Shown: positions 25,901 through 38,189 of the stretch, in pieces
Numbering within the stretch: the first letter of the stretch is position 1
How the letters are laid out: every line of letters starts with the position of its first letter
Source: Eledone cirrhosa
Taxonomy: Eukaryota
Assembly (NCBI GenBank): GCA_964016885.1
Contig: OZ024740.1
Coordinates: forward strand, 290,532,001 to 290,596,000
Reading direction: 5' to 3'
DNA length: 64,000 nt
Notes under the pieces: generated by a model
Told to the model about the DNA's origin: nothing
Databases searched by the model: none
The model's input: the letters and a program-made list of their open reading frames with translations, nothing else
Program-made: the position numbers and the translations under genes

Positions 25901-27779
25901 TTTTTTATTTGGGTGCCCCGTTTTTTTATGGAGGGGTCCGTTTTTTATCTGGGTATCACGTTTTTTATTTGGGTGCCCCGTCTTTTTATGGAGGGGGTCC
26001 GTTTTTTATTTGGGTGCCCCGTTTTTTATTTGGGTGCCCCGTTTTTTATTTGGGTGCTCCGTTTTTTTTATGGGGGGGGTCCGTTTTTTATCTGGGTACC
26101 CCGTTATTTATTTGGGTACCCCGTTTTTTATTTGGGTGCCCCGTTTTTTGATGGGGAGGGGACCGTTTTTTATTTGGGTGCCCCGTTTTTATTTGGGTGA
26201 CCCGTTTATTATTTGGGTGCCCCGTTTTTTATTTGGGTGACCCGTTTTTTATTGGGGTGCCCCGTTTTTTATTTGGGTGCCCCGTTATTTATTGGGTGCC
26301 CCGTTTTTTATTTGGGTGCCCCGTTTTTTTATGGGTGGGGGTCCGTTTTTTATTTGGGTGCCCCGTTTTTTATGGGGGGGTCCGTTTTTTATTTGGGTGC
26401 ACCGTTTTTTTATGGGGGGGGTCCGTTTTTTATTTGGGTGCCCCGTTTATTATTTGGGTGCCCCGTTTTTTATTTGGGTGCCCCGTTTTTTTATGGGGGG
26501 GGTCCGTTTTTTATTTGGGTGCCCCGTTTTTTATTTGGGTGCCCCGTTTTTTTTATGGGGGGGGTCCGTTTTTTATTTGGGTGCCCCGTTTTTTATTTGG
26601 GTGCCCGGTTTTTTTTATGGGGGGATCCGTTTTTTATTTGGGTACCCCGTTTTTTATTTGGGTGCCCCGTTTTTTTATGGGGGGGGCCGTTTTTTATCTG
26701 GGTACCCCGTTTTTTATTTGGGTGCCCCGTTTTTTATTTGGGTGCCCCGTTTTTTTATGGGGGGGGTCCGTTTTTTATTTGGGTGCCCCGTTTTTTATTT
26801 GGGTGCCCCGTTTTTTATTTAGGTGTCCGTTTTTTTTATCTGGGTAGCCCGTTTTTTATTTGTGTGCCCCGTTTTTTATTGGGGTGCCCCGTTTTTTTTT
26901 ATGGGGGGGTCCGTTTTTTATTTGGGTGCCCCGTTTTTTATTTGGGTGCCCCGTTTTTTTTATGGGGGGGTCCGTTTTTTATTTGGGTGCCCCGTTTTTT
27001 ATTTGGGTGCCCCGTTTTTTTATGGGGGGGGTCCGTTTTTTATTTGGGTGCCCTATTTTTTATTTGGGTGCCCCGTTTTTTATTTGGGTGCCCCGTTTTT
27101 TATTTGGGTGCCCCGTTTTTTTATGGGGGGGGTCCGTTTTTTATTTGGGTGCCCCGTTTTTTATTTGGGTGCCCCGTTTTTTTATGGGGGGGTCCGTTTT
27201 TTATTTGGGTGCCCCGTTTTTTATTTGGGTGCCCGGTTTTTTTATGGGGGGATCCGTTTTTTATTTGGGTACCCCGTTTTTTATTTGGGTGCCCCGTTTT
27301 TTTATGGGGGGGGCCGTTTTTTATCTGGGAACCCCGTTTTTTATTTGGGTGCCCCGTTTTTTATTGGGGTGCCCCGTTTTTTTTTATGGGGGGGTCCGTT
27401 TTTTATTTGGGTGCCCCGTTTTTTATTTGGGTGCCCCGTTTTTTATTTGGGTGCCCCGTTTTTTATTTGGGTGCCTCGTTTTTTATTTGGGTGCCCCGTT
27501 TTTTTATGGGGGGTCCGTTTTTTATTTGGGTGCCCCGTTTTTTATTTGGGTGCCCCGTTTTTTATTTGGGTGCCCCGTTTTTTTATGGGGGGGGGTCCGT
27601 TTTTTATCTGGGTACCCCGTTTTTTATTTGTGTACCCCGTTTTTTATTTGGGTGCCCCGTTTTTTATTTGGGTGACCCTTTTTTTATTTGGGCGCACCGT
27701 TTTTTATTTAGGTGCCCCGTTTTTTATTTGGGTGCCCCGTTTTTTATTTGGGTGCCCCGTTTTTTTATGGGGGGTCCGT

Positions 27780-30700
27780 TTTTTATCTGGGTACCCCGTT
27801 TTTTATTTGGGTACCCCGTTTTTTATTTGGGTGCCCCGTTTTTTTATGGGGGGTCCGTTTTTAATTTGGATACCCCGTTTTTTATTTGGGTGCCCCGTTT
27901 TTTATTTGGGTGCCCCGTTTTTTATTTGGGTACCCCGTTATTTATTTGGGTGCCCCGTTTTTTTATGGGGGGGGTCCGTTTTTTATATGGGGGGGTCCGT
28001 TTTTTATTTGGGTGCCCCGTTTTTTATTTGGGTGCCCCGTTTTTTATTTGGGTGCCCCGTTCTTTATTTGGGTACCCCGTTTTTTATTTGGGTGCCCCGT
28101 TTTTTTTATGGGGGGGTCCGTTTTTTATTTGGGTGCCCCGTTTTTTTATGGGGGGGGGGTCCGTTTTTTATTTGGGTGCCCCGTTTTTTATTTGGGTGCC
28201 CCTTTTTTTATGGGGGGGGGTACGTTTTTTATTTGGTTGCCCCGTTTTTTATTTGGGTGCCCCGTATTTTATTTCGGTGCCCCGTTTTTTTATGGGGGGG
28301 TCCGTTTTTTATCTGGGTACCCCGTTTTTTATTTGGGTACGCCGTTTTTTATTTGGGTGCCCCGTTTTTTATTTGGGTGCCCCGTTTTTTATTTGGGTGC
28401 CCCGTTTTTTTTATGGGGGGGTCCGTTTTTTATTTGGGTGCCCCGTTTTTTTATGGGGGGGTCCGTTCTTTATTTGGGTGCCCCGTTTTTTATTTGGGTG
28501 CCCCGTTTTTTTATGGGGGGGTCCGTTTTTTATTTGGGTGCCCCGTTTTTTATTTGGGTGCCCCGTTTTTTTATGGGGGGGTCCGTTTTTTATTTGGGTG
28601 CCCCGTTTTTTATTTGGGTGCCCCGTTTTTTATTTGGGTGCCCCGTTTTTTTTATGGGGGGTCCGTTTTTTATTTGGGTGCCCCGTTTTTTATTTGGGTG
28701 CCCCGTTTTTTTTATCTGGGTACCCCGTTTTTTATTTGGGTGCCCCGTTTTTTATTTGGGTGCCCCGTTTTTTATTTGGGTGCCCCGTTTTTTATTTGGG
28801 TGCCCCGTTTTTTTATGGGGCGGGGTCCGTTTTTTATCTGGGTACCCCGTTTTTTATTTGGGTACCCCGTTTTTTATTTGGGTGCCCCGTTTTTTTATGG
28901 GAGGGGTCCGTTTTTTATTTGGATACCCCGTTTTTTATTTGGGTGCCCCGTTTTTTATTTGGGTGCCCCGTTTTTTATTTAGGTGTCCGTTTTTTTATCT
29001 GGGTAGCCCGTTTTTTATTTGGGTGCCCCGTTTTTTATTGGGGTGCCCCGTTTTTTTTATGGGGGGGTCCGTTTTTTATTTGGGTGCCCCGTTTTTTATT
29101 TGGGTGCCCCGTTTTTTTTATGGGGGGGTCCGTTTTTTATTTGGGTGCCCCGTTTTTTTATGGGGGGGGTCCGTTTTTTATTTGGGTGCCCTATTTTTTA
29201 TTTGGGTGCCCCGTTTTTTATTTGGGTGCCCCGTTTTTTATTTGGGTGCCCCGTTTTTTATTTGGGTGCCCCGTTTTTTATTTGGGTGCCCCGTTTTTTT
29301 ATGGGGGGGGTTCGTTTTTTATCTGGGTACCCCGTTTTTTATTTGTGTACCCCGTTTTTTATTTGGGTGCCCCGTTTTTTATTTGGGTGCCCCTTTTTTT
29401 ATTTGGGCGCCCCGTTTTTTATTTAGGTGCCCCGTTTTTTTATGGGGGTGTCCGTTTTTTATCTGGGTACCCCGTTTTTTATTTGGGTACCCCGTTTTTT
29501 ATTTGGGTACCCGTTTTTTATTTGGGTGCCCCGTTTTTTTATGGGGGGGGGGTCCGTTTTTTATTTGGATACCCCGTTTTTTATTTGGGTGCCCCGTTCT
29601 TTATTTGGGTGCCCCGTTTTTTATTTGGGTACCCCGTTATTTATTTGGGTGCCCCGTTTTTTATTTGGGTGCCCCGTTTTTTATTTGGGTACCCCGTTAC
29701 TTATTTGGGTGCCCCGTTTTTTTATGGGGGGGTCCGTTTTTTCTTTGGATACCCCGTTTTTTATTTGGGTTCCCCGTTTTTTTATGGGGTCCGTTTTTTA
29801 TTTCGGTGCACCGTTTTTTGATGGGGGGGTCCGTTTTTTATTTGGGTGCCCCGTTTTTTATTTGGCTGCCCCGTTTTTTTATGGGGGGGGGTCCGTTTTT
29901 ATTTGGGTGCCCCGTTTTTTATTTGGGTACCCCGTTTTTTATTTGGGTGCCCCGTTTTTTATTTGGGTGCCTCGTTTTTTATTTGGGTGCCCCGTTTTTT
30001 TATGGGGGGGTCCGTTTTTTCTTTGGATACCCCGTTTTTTATTTGGGTTCCCCGTTTTTTTATGGGGTCCGTTTTTTATTTCGGTGCACCGTTTTTTGAT
30101 GGGGGGGTCCGTTTTTTATTTGGGTGCCCCGTTTTTTATTTGGCTGCCCCGTTTTTTTATGGGGGGGGGTCCGTTTTTATTTGGGTGCCCCGTTTTTTAT
30201 TTGGGTACCCCGTTTTTTATTTGGGTGCCCCGTTTTTTATTTGGGTGCCTCGTTTTTTATTTGGGTGCCCCGTTTTTTTATGGGGGGGTCCGTTTTTTAT
30301 CTGGGTACCCCGTTTTTTATTTGGGTGCCCCGTTTTTTTATGGGGGGGTTCGTTTTTTATTTGGATAACCCGTTTTTTATTTGGGTGCCCCGTTTTTTAT
30401 TTGGGTGCCCCGTTTTTTATTTGGGTGCCCCGTTTTTTATTTGGGTGCACCGTTTTTTATTTGGGTGCCCCGTTTTTTATTTGGGTGCCCCGTTTTTTAT
30501 CTGGGTACCCCGTTTTTTATTTGGGTACCCCGTTTTTTATTTGGGTGCCCCGTTTTTTTATGGGGGGGTCCGTTTTTTATTTGGATACCCCGTTTTTTAT
30601 TTGGGTGCCCCGTTTTTTATTTGGGTGCCTCGTTTTTTATTTGGGTACCCCGTTTTTTATTTGGGTGCCCCGTTTTTTATTTGGGTGCCCCGTTATTTAT

Positions 30701-32720
30701 TTGGGTGCCCCGTTTTTTATTTGGGTGCCCCGTTTTTTTATGGGGGGGTCCGTTTTTTATCTGGGTACCCCGTTTTTTATTTGGGTACCCCGTTTTTTAT
30801 TTGGGTGCCCCGTTTTTTTATGGGGGGGGGTCCGTTTTTTATTTGGATACCCCGTTTTTTATTTGGGTGACCCGTTTTTTATTTGGGTGCCCCGTTTTTT
30901 ATTTGGGTACCCCGTTATTTATTTGGGTGCCCCGTTTTTTTATGGGGGGGTCCGTTTTTTATATGGGGGGGTCCGTTTTTTATTTGGGTGCCCCGTTTTT
31001 TATTTGGGTGCCCCATTTTTTATTTGGGTGCCCCGTTTTTTATTTGGGTACCCCGTTTTTTATTTGGGTGCCCCGTTTTTTTTATGGGGGGGTCCGTTTT
31101 TTATTTGGGTGCCCCGTTTTTTTATGGGGGGGGGGTCCGTTTTTTATTTCGGTGCCCCGTGTTTTATTTGGGTACCCCGTTTTCTATTTGGGTGCCCCGT
31201 TTTTTTTATGGGGGGGTCCGTTTTTTATTTGGGTGCCACGTTTTTTTATGGGGGGGGGTCCGTTTTTTTATTTAGATACCCCGTTTTTTATTTGGGTGCC
31301 CCGTTTTTTATTTGGGTGCCCCGTTTTTTTATGGGGGGGTCCGTTTTTTATCTGGGTACCCCGTTGTTTATTTGGGTACCCCGTTTTTTATTTGGGTGCC
31401 CCGTTTTTTTATGGGGGGGTCCGTTTTTAATTTGGATACCCCGTTTTTTATTTGGGTGCCCCGTTTTTTATTTGGGTGCCCCGTTTTTTATTTGGGTACC
31501 CCGTTATTTATTTGGGTGCCCCGTTTTTTTATGGGGGGGGTCCGTTTTTTATATGGGGGGGTCCGTTTTTTATTTGGGTGCCCCGTTTTTTATTTGGGTG
31601 CCCCGTTTTTTATTTGGGTGCCCCGTTCTTTATTTGGGTACCCCGTTTTTTATTTGGGTGCCCCGTTTTTTTTATGGGGGGGTCCGTTTTTTATTTGGGT
31701 GCCCCGTTTTTTTATGGGGGGGGGTCCGTTTTTTATTTGGGTGCCCCGTTTTTTATTTGGGTGCCCCTTTTTTTATGGGGGGGGGTACGTTTTTTATTTG
31801 GTTGCCCCGTTTTTTATTTGGGTGCCCCGTATTTTATTTCGGTGCCCCGTTTTTTTATGGGGGGGTCCGTTTTTTATCTGGGTACCCCGTTTTTTATTTG
31901 GGTACGCCGTTTTTTATTTGGGTGCCCCGTTTTTTATTTGGGTGCCCCGTTTTTTATTTGGGTGCCCCGTTTTTTTTATGGGGGGGTCCGTTTTTTATTT
32001 GGGTGCCCCGTTTTTTTATGGGGGGGTCCGTTCTTTATTTGGGTGCCCCGTTTTTTATTTGGGTGCCCCGTTTTTTTATGGGGGGGTCCGTTTTTTATTT
32101 GGGTGCCCCGTTTTTTATTTGGGTGCCCCGTTTTTTATTTGGGTGCCCCGTTTTTTTTATGGGGGGTCCGTTTTTTATTTGGGTGCCCCGTTTTTTATTT
32201 GGGTGCCCCGTTTTTTTTATCTGGGTACCCCGTTTTTTATTTGGGTGCCCCGTTTTTTATTTGGGTGCCCCGTTTTTTATTTGGGTGCCCCGTTTTTTAT
32301 TTGGGTGCCCCGTTTTTTTATGGGGCGGGGTCCGTTTTTTATCTGGGTACCCCGTTTTTTATTTGGGTACCCCGTTTTTTATTTGGGTGCCCCGTTTTTT
32401 TATGGGGGGGGTCCGTTTTTTATTTGGATACCCCGTTTTTTATTTGGGTGCCCCGTTTTTTATTTGGGTGCCCCGTTTTTTATTTAGGTGTCCGTTTTTT
32501 TATCTGGGTAGCCCGTTTTTTATTTGGGTGCCCCGTTTTTTATTGGGGTGCCCCGTTTTTTTTATGGGGGGGTCCGTTTTTTATTTGGGTGCCCCGTTTT
32601 TTATTTGGGTGCCCCGTTTTTTTTATGGGGGGGTCCGTTTTTTATTTGGGTGCCCCGTTTTTTATTTGGGTGCCCCGTTTTTTTATGGGGGGGGTCCGTT
32701 TTTTATTTGGGTGCCCTATT
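27780..32720 (+). repeat. Block duplication with ~3565-bp offset (~27.8-29.2 kb copied at ~31.35-32.7 kb)
   Basis: TACGCCG at 28338 and 31903. ORF-track peptides at 27886 and 31452 share the same long N-terminal string. Confidence 0.85.
29720..30280 (+). repeat. 278-bp (14-monomer) sub-repeat doublet; first of eight such doublets nested in the larger repeats
   Basis: Cassette CTTTGGATACCCC / GGGTTCCCC / ATGGGGTCCG / TTCGGTGCACC / TTGATGGG / GGCTGCCCC. TGA stops pair at 29821/30099, 35394/35652, 42964/43242, 44974/45252, 46985/47263, 52164/52443, 54174/54452 and 55693/55974. Confidence 0.92.
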
Positions 32721-35700
32721 TTTTATTTGGGTGCCCCGTTTTTTATTTGGGTGCCCCGTTTTTTATTTGGGTGCCCCGTTTTTTTATGGGGGGGGGGTCC
32801 GTTTTTTATTTGGGTACCCCGTTTTTTATTTGGGTGACCCGTTTTTTATTTGGGTGCCCCGTTTTTTATCTGGGTACCCCGTTTTTTATTTGGGTGCCCC
32901 GTTTTTTATTTGGGTGCCCCGTTTTTTTATGGGGGGGGTCCGTTTTTTATCTGGGTACCCCGTTTTTTATTTGGGTACCCCGTTTTTTATTTGGGTGCCC
33001 CGTTTTTTTATGGGGGGTCCGTTTTTTATTTCGGTGCGCCGTTTTTTGATGGGGGGGGTCCGTTTTTTATTTGGGTGCCCCGTTTTTTATTTGGGTACCC
33101 CGTTTTTTATTTGGGTGCCCCGTTTTTTTATGGGGGGTCCGTTTTTTATTTCGGTGCGCCGTTTTTTGATGGGGGGGTCCGTTTTTTATTTGGGTGCCCC
33201 GTTTTTTATTTGGGTGCCCCGTTTTTTATTTGGGTGCCTCGTTTTTTATTTGGGTGCCCCGTTTTTTTATGGGGGGTCCGTTTTTTATTTGGGTGCCCCG
33301 TTTTTTATTTGGGTGCCCCGTTTTTTATTTGGGTGCCCCGTTTTTTATTTGGGTGCCACGTTTTTTTATGGGGGGGGTCCGTTTTTTATTTGGGTGCCCC
33401 GTTCTTTATTTGGGTGCCTCGTTTTTTATTTGGGTGCCCCGTTTTTTTATGGGGGGGTCCGTTTTTTATTTGGGTGCTCCGTTTTTTATTTGGGTGCCCC
33501 GTTTTTTATTTGGGTGCCCCTTTTTTTGATGGGGGGGTCCGTTTTTTATTTGGGTGCCCCGTTTTTTATTTGGGTGCCCCGTTTTTTTATGGGGGGGTCC
33601 GTTTTTTATTTGGGTGCCCCGTTTTTTTATGGGAGGGTCCGTCTTTTATTTGGGTGCCCCGTTTTTTATTTGGGTGCGCCGTTTTTTATTTGGGTGCCCC
33701 GTTTTTTTATGGGGGGTTCCGTTTTTTATCTGGGTACCCCGTTTTTTATTTGGGTACCCCGTTTTTTATTTGGGTGCCCCGTTTTTTATTTGGGTGCCCC
33801 GTTTTTTATTTGGGAGCCCCGTTTTTTTTATGGGGGGGTCCGTTTTTTATTTGGGTGCCCCGTTTTTTATTTGGGTGCCCCGTTTTTTTATGGGGGGGTC
33901 CGTTTTTTAATTGGGTACCCCGTTTTTTATTTGGGTGCCCCGTTTTTTATTTGGTTGCCCCGTTTTTTTTATGGGGGGTTTCGTTTTTCATCTGGGTACC
34001 CCGTTTTTTATTTGGGTACCCCGTTTTTTATTTGGGTGCCCCGTTTTTTATTTGGGTGCCCCGTTTTTTATTTGGGTGCCCCGTTTTTTTTATAGGGGGG
34101 TCCGTTTTTTATTTGGGTGCCCCGTTTTTTATTTGGGTGCCCCGTTTTTTATTTGGGTGCCCCGTTTTTTTATGGGGGGGGTCCGTTTTTTATTTGGGTG
34201 CCCCGTTCTTTATTTGGGTGCCTCGTTTTTTATTTGGGTGCCCCGTTTTTTTATGGGGGGGGTCCGTTTTTTATTTGGGTGCTCCGTTTTTTATTTGGGT
34301 GCCCCGTTTTTTATTTGGGTGCCCCGTTTTTTGATGGGGGGGTCCGTTTTTTATTTGGGTGCCCCGTTTTTTATTTGGGTGCCCCGTTTTTTTATGGGGG
34401 GGTCCGTTTTTTATTTGGGTGCCCCGTTTTTTTATGGGGGGGTCCGTCTTTTATTTGGGTGCCCCGTTTTTTATTTGGGTGCCCCGTTTTTTATTTGGGT
34501 GCCCCGTTTTTTTATGGGGGGTTCCGTTTTTTATCTGGGTACCCCGTTTTTTATTTGGGTACCCCGTTTTTTATTTGGGTGCCCCGTTTTTTATTTGGGT
34601 GCCCCGTTTTTTATTTGGGTGCCCCGTTTTTTTTATGGGGGGGTCCGTTTTTTATTTGGGTGCCCCGTTTTTTATTTGGGTGCCCCGTTTTTTTATGGGG
34701 GGGTCCGTTTTTTAATTGGGTACCCCGTTTTTTATTTGGGTGCCCCGTTTTTTTATGGGGGGTTCCGTTTTTTATTTGGGTGCCCTATTTTTTATTTGGG
34801 CGCCCCGTTTTTTATTTGGGTGCCCCGTTTTTTATTTGGGTGCCCCGTTTTTTATTTGGGTGCCCCGTTTTTTTATGGGGGGGTTCGTTTTTTATCTGGG
34901 TACCCCGTTTTTTATTTGTGTACCCCGTTTTTTATTTAGGTGCCCCGTTTTTTATTTGGGTGCCCCTTTTTTTATTTGGGCGCCCCGTTTTTTATTTAGG
35001 TGCCCCGTTTTTTTATGGGGGTGTCCGTTTTTTATCTGGGTACCCCGTTTTTTATTTGGGTACCCCGTTTTTTATTTGGGTACCCGTTTTTTATTTGGGT
35101 GCCCCGTTTTTTTATGGGGGGGGGGTCCGTTTTTTATTTGGATACCCCGTTTTTTATTTGGGTGCCCCGTTCTTTATTTCGGTGCCCCGTTTTTTATTTG
35201 GGTACCCCGTTATTTATTTGGGTGCCCCGTTTTTTATTTGGGTGCCCCGTTTTTTATTTGGGTACCCCGTTATTTATTTGGGTGCCCCGTTTTTTTATGG
35301 GGGGGTCCGTTTTTTCTTTGGATACCCCGTTTTTTATTTGGGTTCCCCGTTTTTTTATGGGGTCCGTTTTTTATTTCGGTGCACCGTTTTTTGATGGGGG
35401 GGTCCGTTTTTTATTTGGGTGCCCCGTTTTTTATTTGGCTGCCCCGTTTTTTTATGGGGGGGGGTCCGTTTTTATTTGGGTGCCCCGTTTTTTATTTGGG
35501 TGCCCCGTTTTTTATTTGGGTGCCTCGTTTTTTATTTGGGTGCCCCGTTTTTTTATGGGGGGGTCCGTTTTTTCTTTGGATACCCCGTTTTTTATTTGGG
35601 TTCCCCGTTTTTTTATGGGGTCCGTTTTTTATTTCGGTGCACCGTTTTTTGATGGGGGGGTCCGTTTTTTATTTGGGTGCCCCGTTTTTTATTTGGCTGC

Positions 35701-38189
35701 CCCGTTTTTTTATGGGGGGGGGTCCGTTTTTATTTGGGTGCCCCGTTTTTTATTTGGGTACCCCGTTTTTTATTTGGGTGCCCCGTTTTTTATTTGGGTG
35801 CCTCTTTTTTTATTTGGGTGCCCCGTTTTTTTATGGGGGGGTCCGTTTTTTATCTGGGTACCCCGTTTTTTATTTTGGTGCCCCGTTTTTTTATGGGGGG
35901 GTTCGTTTTTTATTTGGATAACCCGTTTTTTATTTGGGTGCCCCGTTTTTTATTTGGGTGCCCCGTTTTTTATTTGGGTGCCCCGTTTTTTATTTGGGTG
36001 CACCGTTTTTTATTTGGGTGCCCCGTTTTTTATTTGGGTGCCCCGTTTTTTATCTGGGTACCCCGTTTTTTATTTGGGTACCCCGTTTTTTATTTGGGTG
36101 CCCCGTTTTTTTATGGGGGGGTCCGTTTTTTATTTGGATACCCCGTTTTTTATTTGGGTGCCCCGTTTTTTATTTGGGTGCCTCGTTTTTTATTTGGGTA
36201 CCCCGTTTTTTATTTGGGTGCCCCGTTTTTTATTTGGGTGCCCCGTTATTTATTTGGGTGCCCCGTTTTTTATTTGGGTGCCCCGTTTTTTTATGGGGGG
36301 GTCCGTTTTTTATCTGGGTACCCCGTTTTTTATTTGGGTACCCCGTTTTTTATTTGGGTGCCCCGTTTTTTTATGGGGGGGGGGTCCGTTTTTTATTTGG
36401 ATACCCCGTTTTTTATTTGGGTGACCCGTTTTTTATTTGGGTGCCCCGTTTTTTATTTGGGTACCCCGTTATTTATTTGGGTGCCCCGTTTTTTTATGGG
36501 GGGGTCCGTTTTTTATATGGGGGGGTCCGTTTTTTATTTGGGTGCCCCGTTTTTTATTTGGGTGCCCCATTTTTTATTTGGGTGCCCCGTTTTTTATTTG
36601 GGTACCCCGTTTTTTATTTGGGTGCCCCGTTTTTTTTATGGGGGGGTCCGTTTTTTATTTGGGTGCCCCGTTTTTTTATGGGGGGGGGTCCGTTTTTTAT
36701 TTCGGTGCCCCGTGTTTTATTTGGGTACCCCGTTTTCTATTTGGGTGCCCCGTTTTTTTTATGGGGGGGTCCGTTTTTTATTTGGGTGCCACGTTTTTTT
36801 ATGGGGGGGGGTCCGTTTTTTTATTTAGATACCCCGTTTTTTATTTGGGTGCCCCGTTTTTTATTTGGGTGCCCCGTTTTTTTATGGGGGGGTCCGTTTT
36901 TTATCTGGGTACCCCGTTTTTTATTTGGGTACCCCGTTTTTTATTTGGGTACCCCGTTTTTTATTTGGGTACCCCGTTTTTTATTTGGGTGCCCCGTTTT
37001 TTATTTGGGTGCCCCGTTTTTTTATGGGGGGGGTCCGTTTTTTATTTGGGTGCCCCGTTTTTTATTTGGGTGCCCCGTTTTTTTATGGGGGGGTCCGTTT
37101 TTTATTTGGGTGCCCCGTTTTTTATTTGGGTGCCCCGTTTTTTATTTGGGTGCCCCGTTTTTTTTATGGGGGGTCCGTTTTTTATTTGGGTGCCCCGTTT
37201 TTTATTTGGGTGCCCCGTTTTTTTTATCTGGGTACCCCGTTTTTTATTTGGGTGCCCCGTTTTTTATTTGGGTGCCCCGTTTTTTATTTGGGTGCCCCGT
37301 TTTTTATTTGGGTGCCCCGTTTTTTTATGGGGCGGGGTCCGTTTTTTATCTGGGTACCCCGTTTTTTATTTGGGTACCCCGTTTTTTATTTGGGTGCCCC
37401 GTTTTTTTATGGGGGGGGTCCGTTTTTTATTTGGATACCCCGTTTTTTATTTGGGTGCCCCGTTTTTTATTTGGGTGCCCCGTTTTTTATTTAGGTGTCC
37501 GTTTTTTTATCTGGGTAGCCCGTTTTTTATTTGGGTGCCCCGTTTTTTATTGGGGTGCCCCGTTTTTTTTATGGGGGGGTCCGTTTTTTATTTGGGTGCC
37601 CCGTTTTTTATTTGGGTGCCCCGTTTTTTTTATGGGGGGGTCCGTTTTTTATTTGGGTGCCCCGTTTTTTATTTGGGTGCCCCGTTTTTTTATGGGGGGG
37701 GTCCGTTTTTTATTTGGGTGCCCTATTTTTTATTTGGGTGCCCCGTTTTTTATTTGGGTGCCCCGTTTTTTATTTGGGTGCCCCGTTTTTTTATGGGGGG
37801 GGGTCCGTTTTTTATTTGGGTACCCCGTTTTTTATTTGGGTGACCCGTTTTTTATTTGGGTGCCCCGTTTTTTATCTGGGTACCCCGTTTTTTATTTGGG
37901 TGCCCCGTTTTTTATTTGGGTGCCCCGTTTTTTTATGGGGGGGGTCCGTTTTTTATCTGGGTACCCCGTTTTTTATTTGGGTACCCCGTTTTTTATTTGG
38001 GTGCCCCGTTTTTTTATGGGGGGTCCGTTTTTTATTTCGGTGCGCCGTTTTTTGATGGGGGGGGGTCCGTTTTTTATTTGGGTGCCCCGTTTTTTATTTG
38101 GGTGCCCCGTTTTTTATTTGGGTGCCTCGTTTTTTATTTGGGTACCCCGTTTTTTATTTGGGTGCCTCGTTTTTTATTTGGATACCCCG

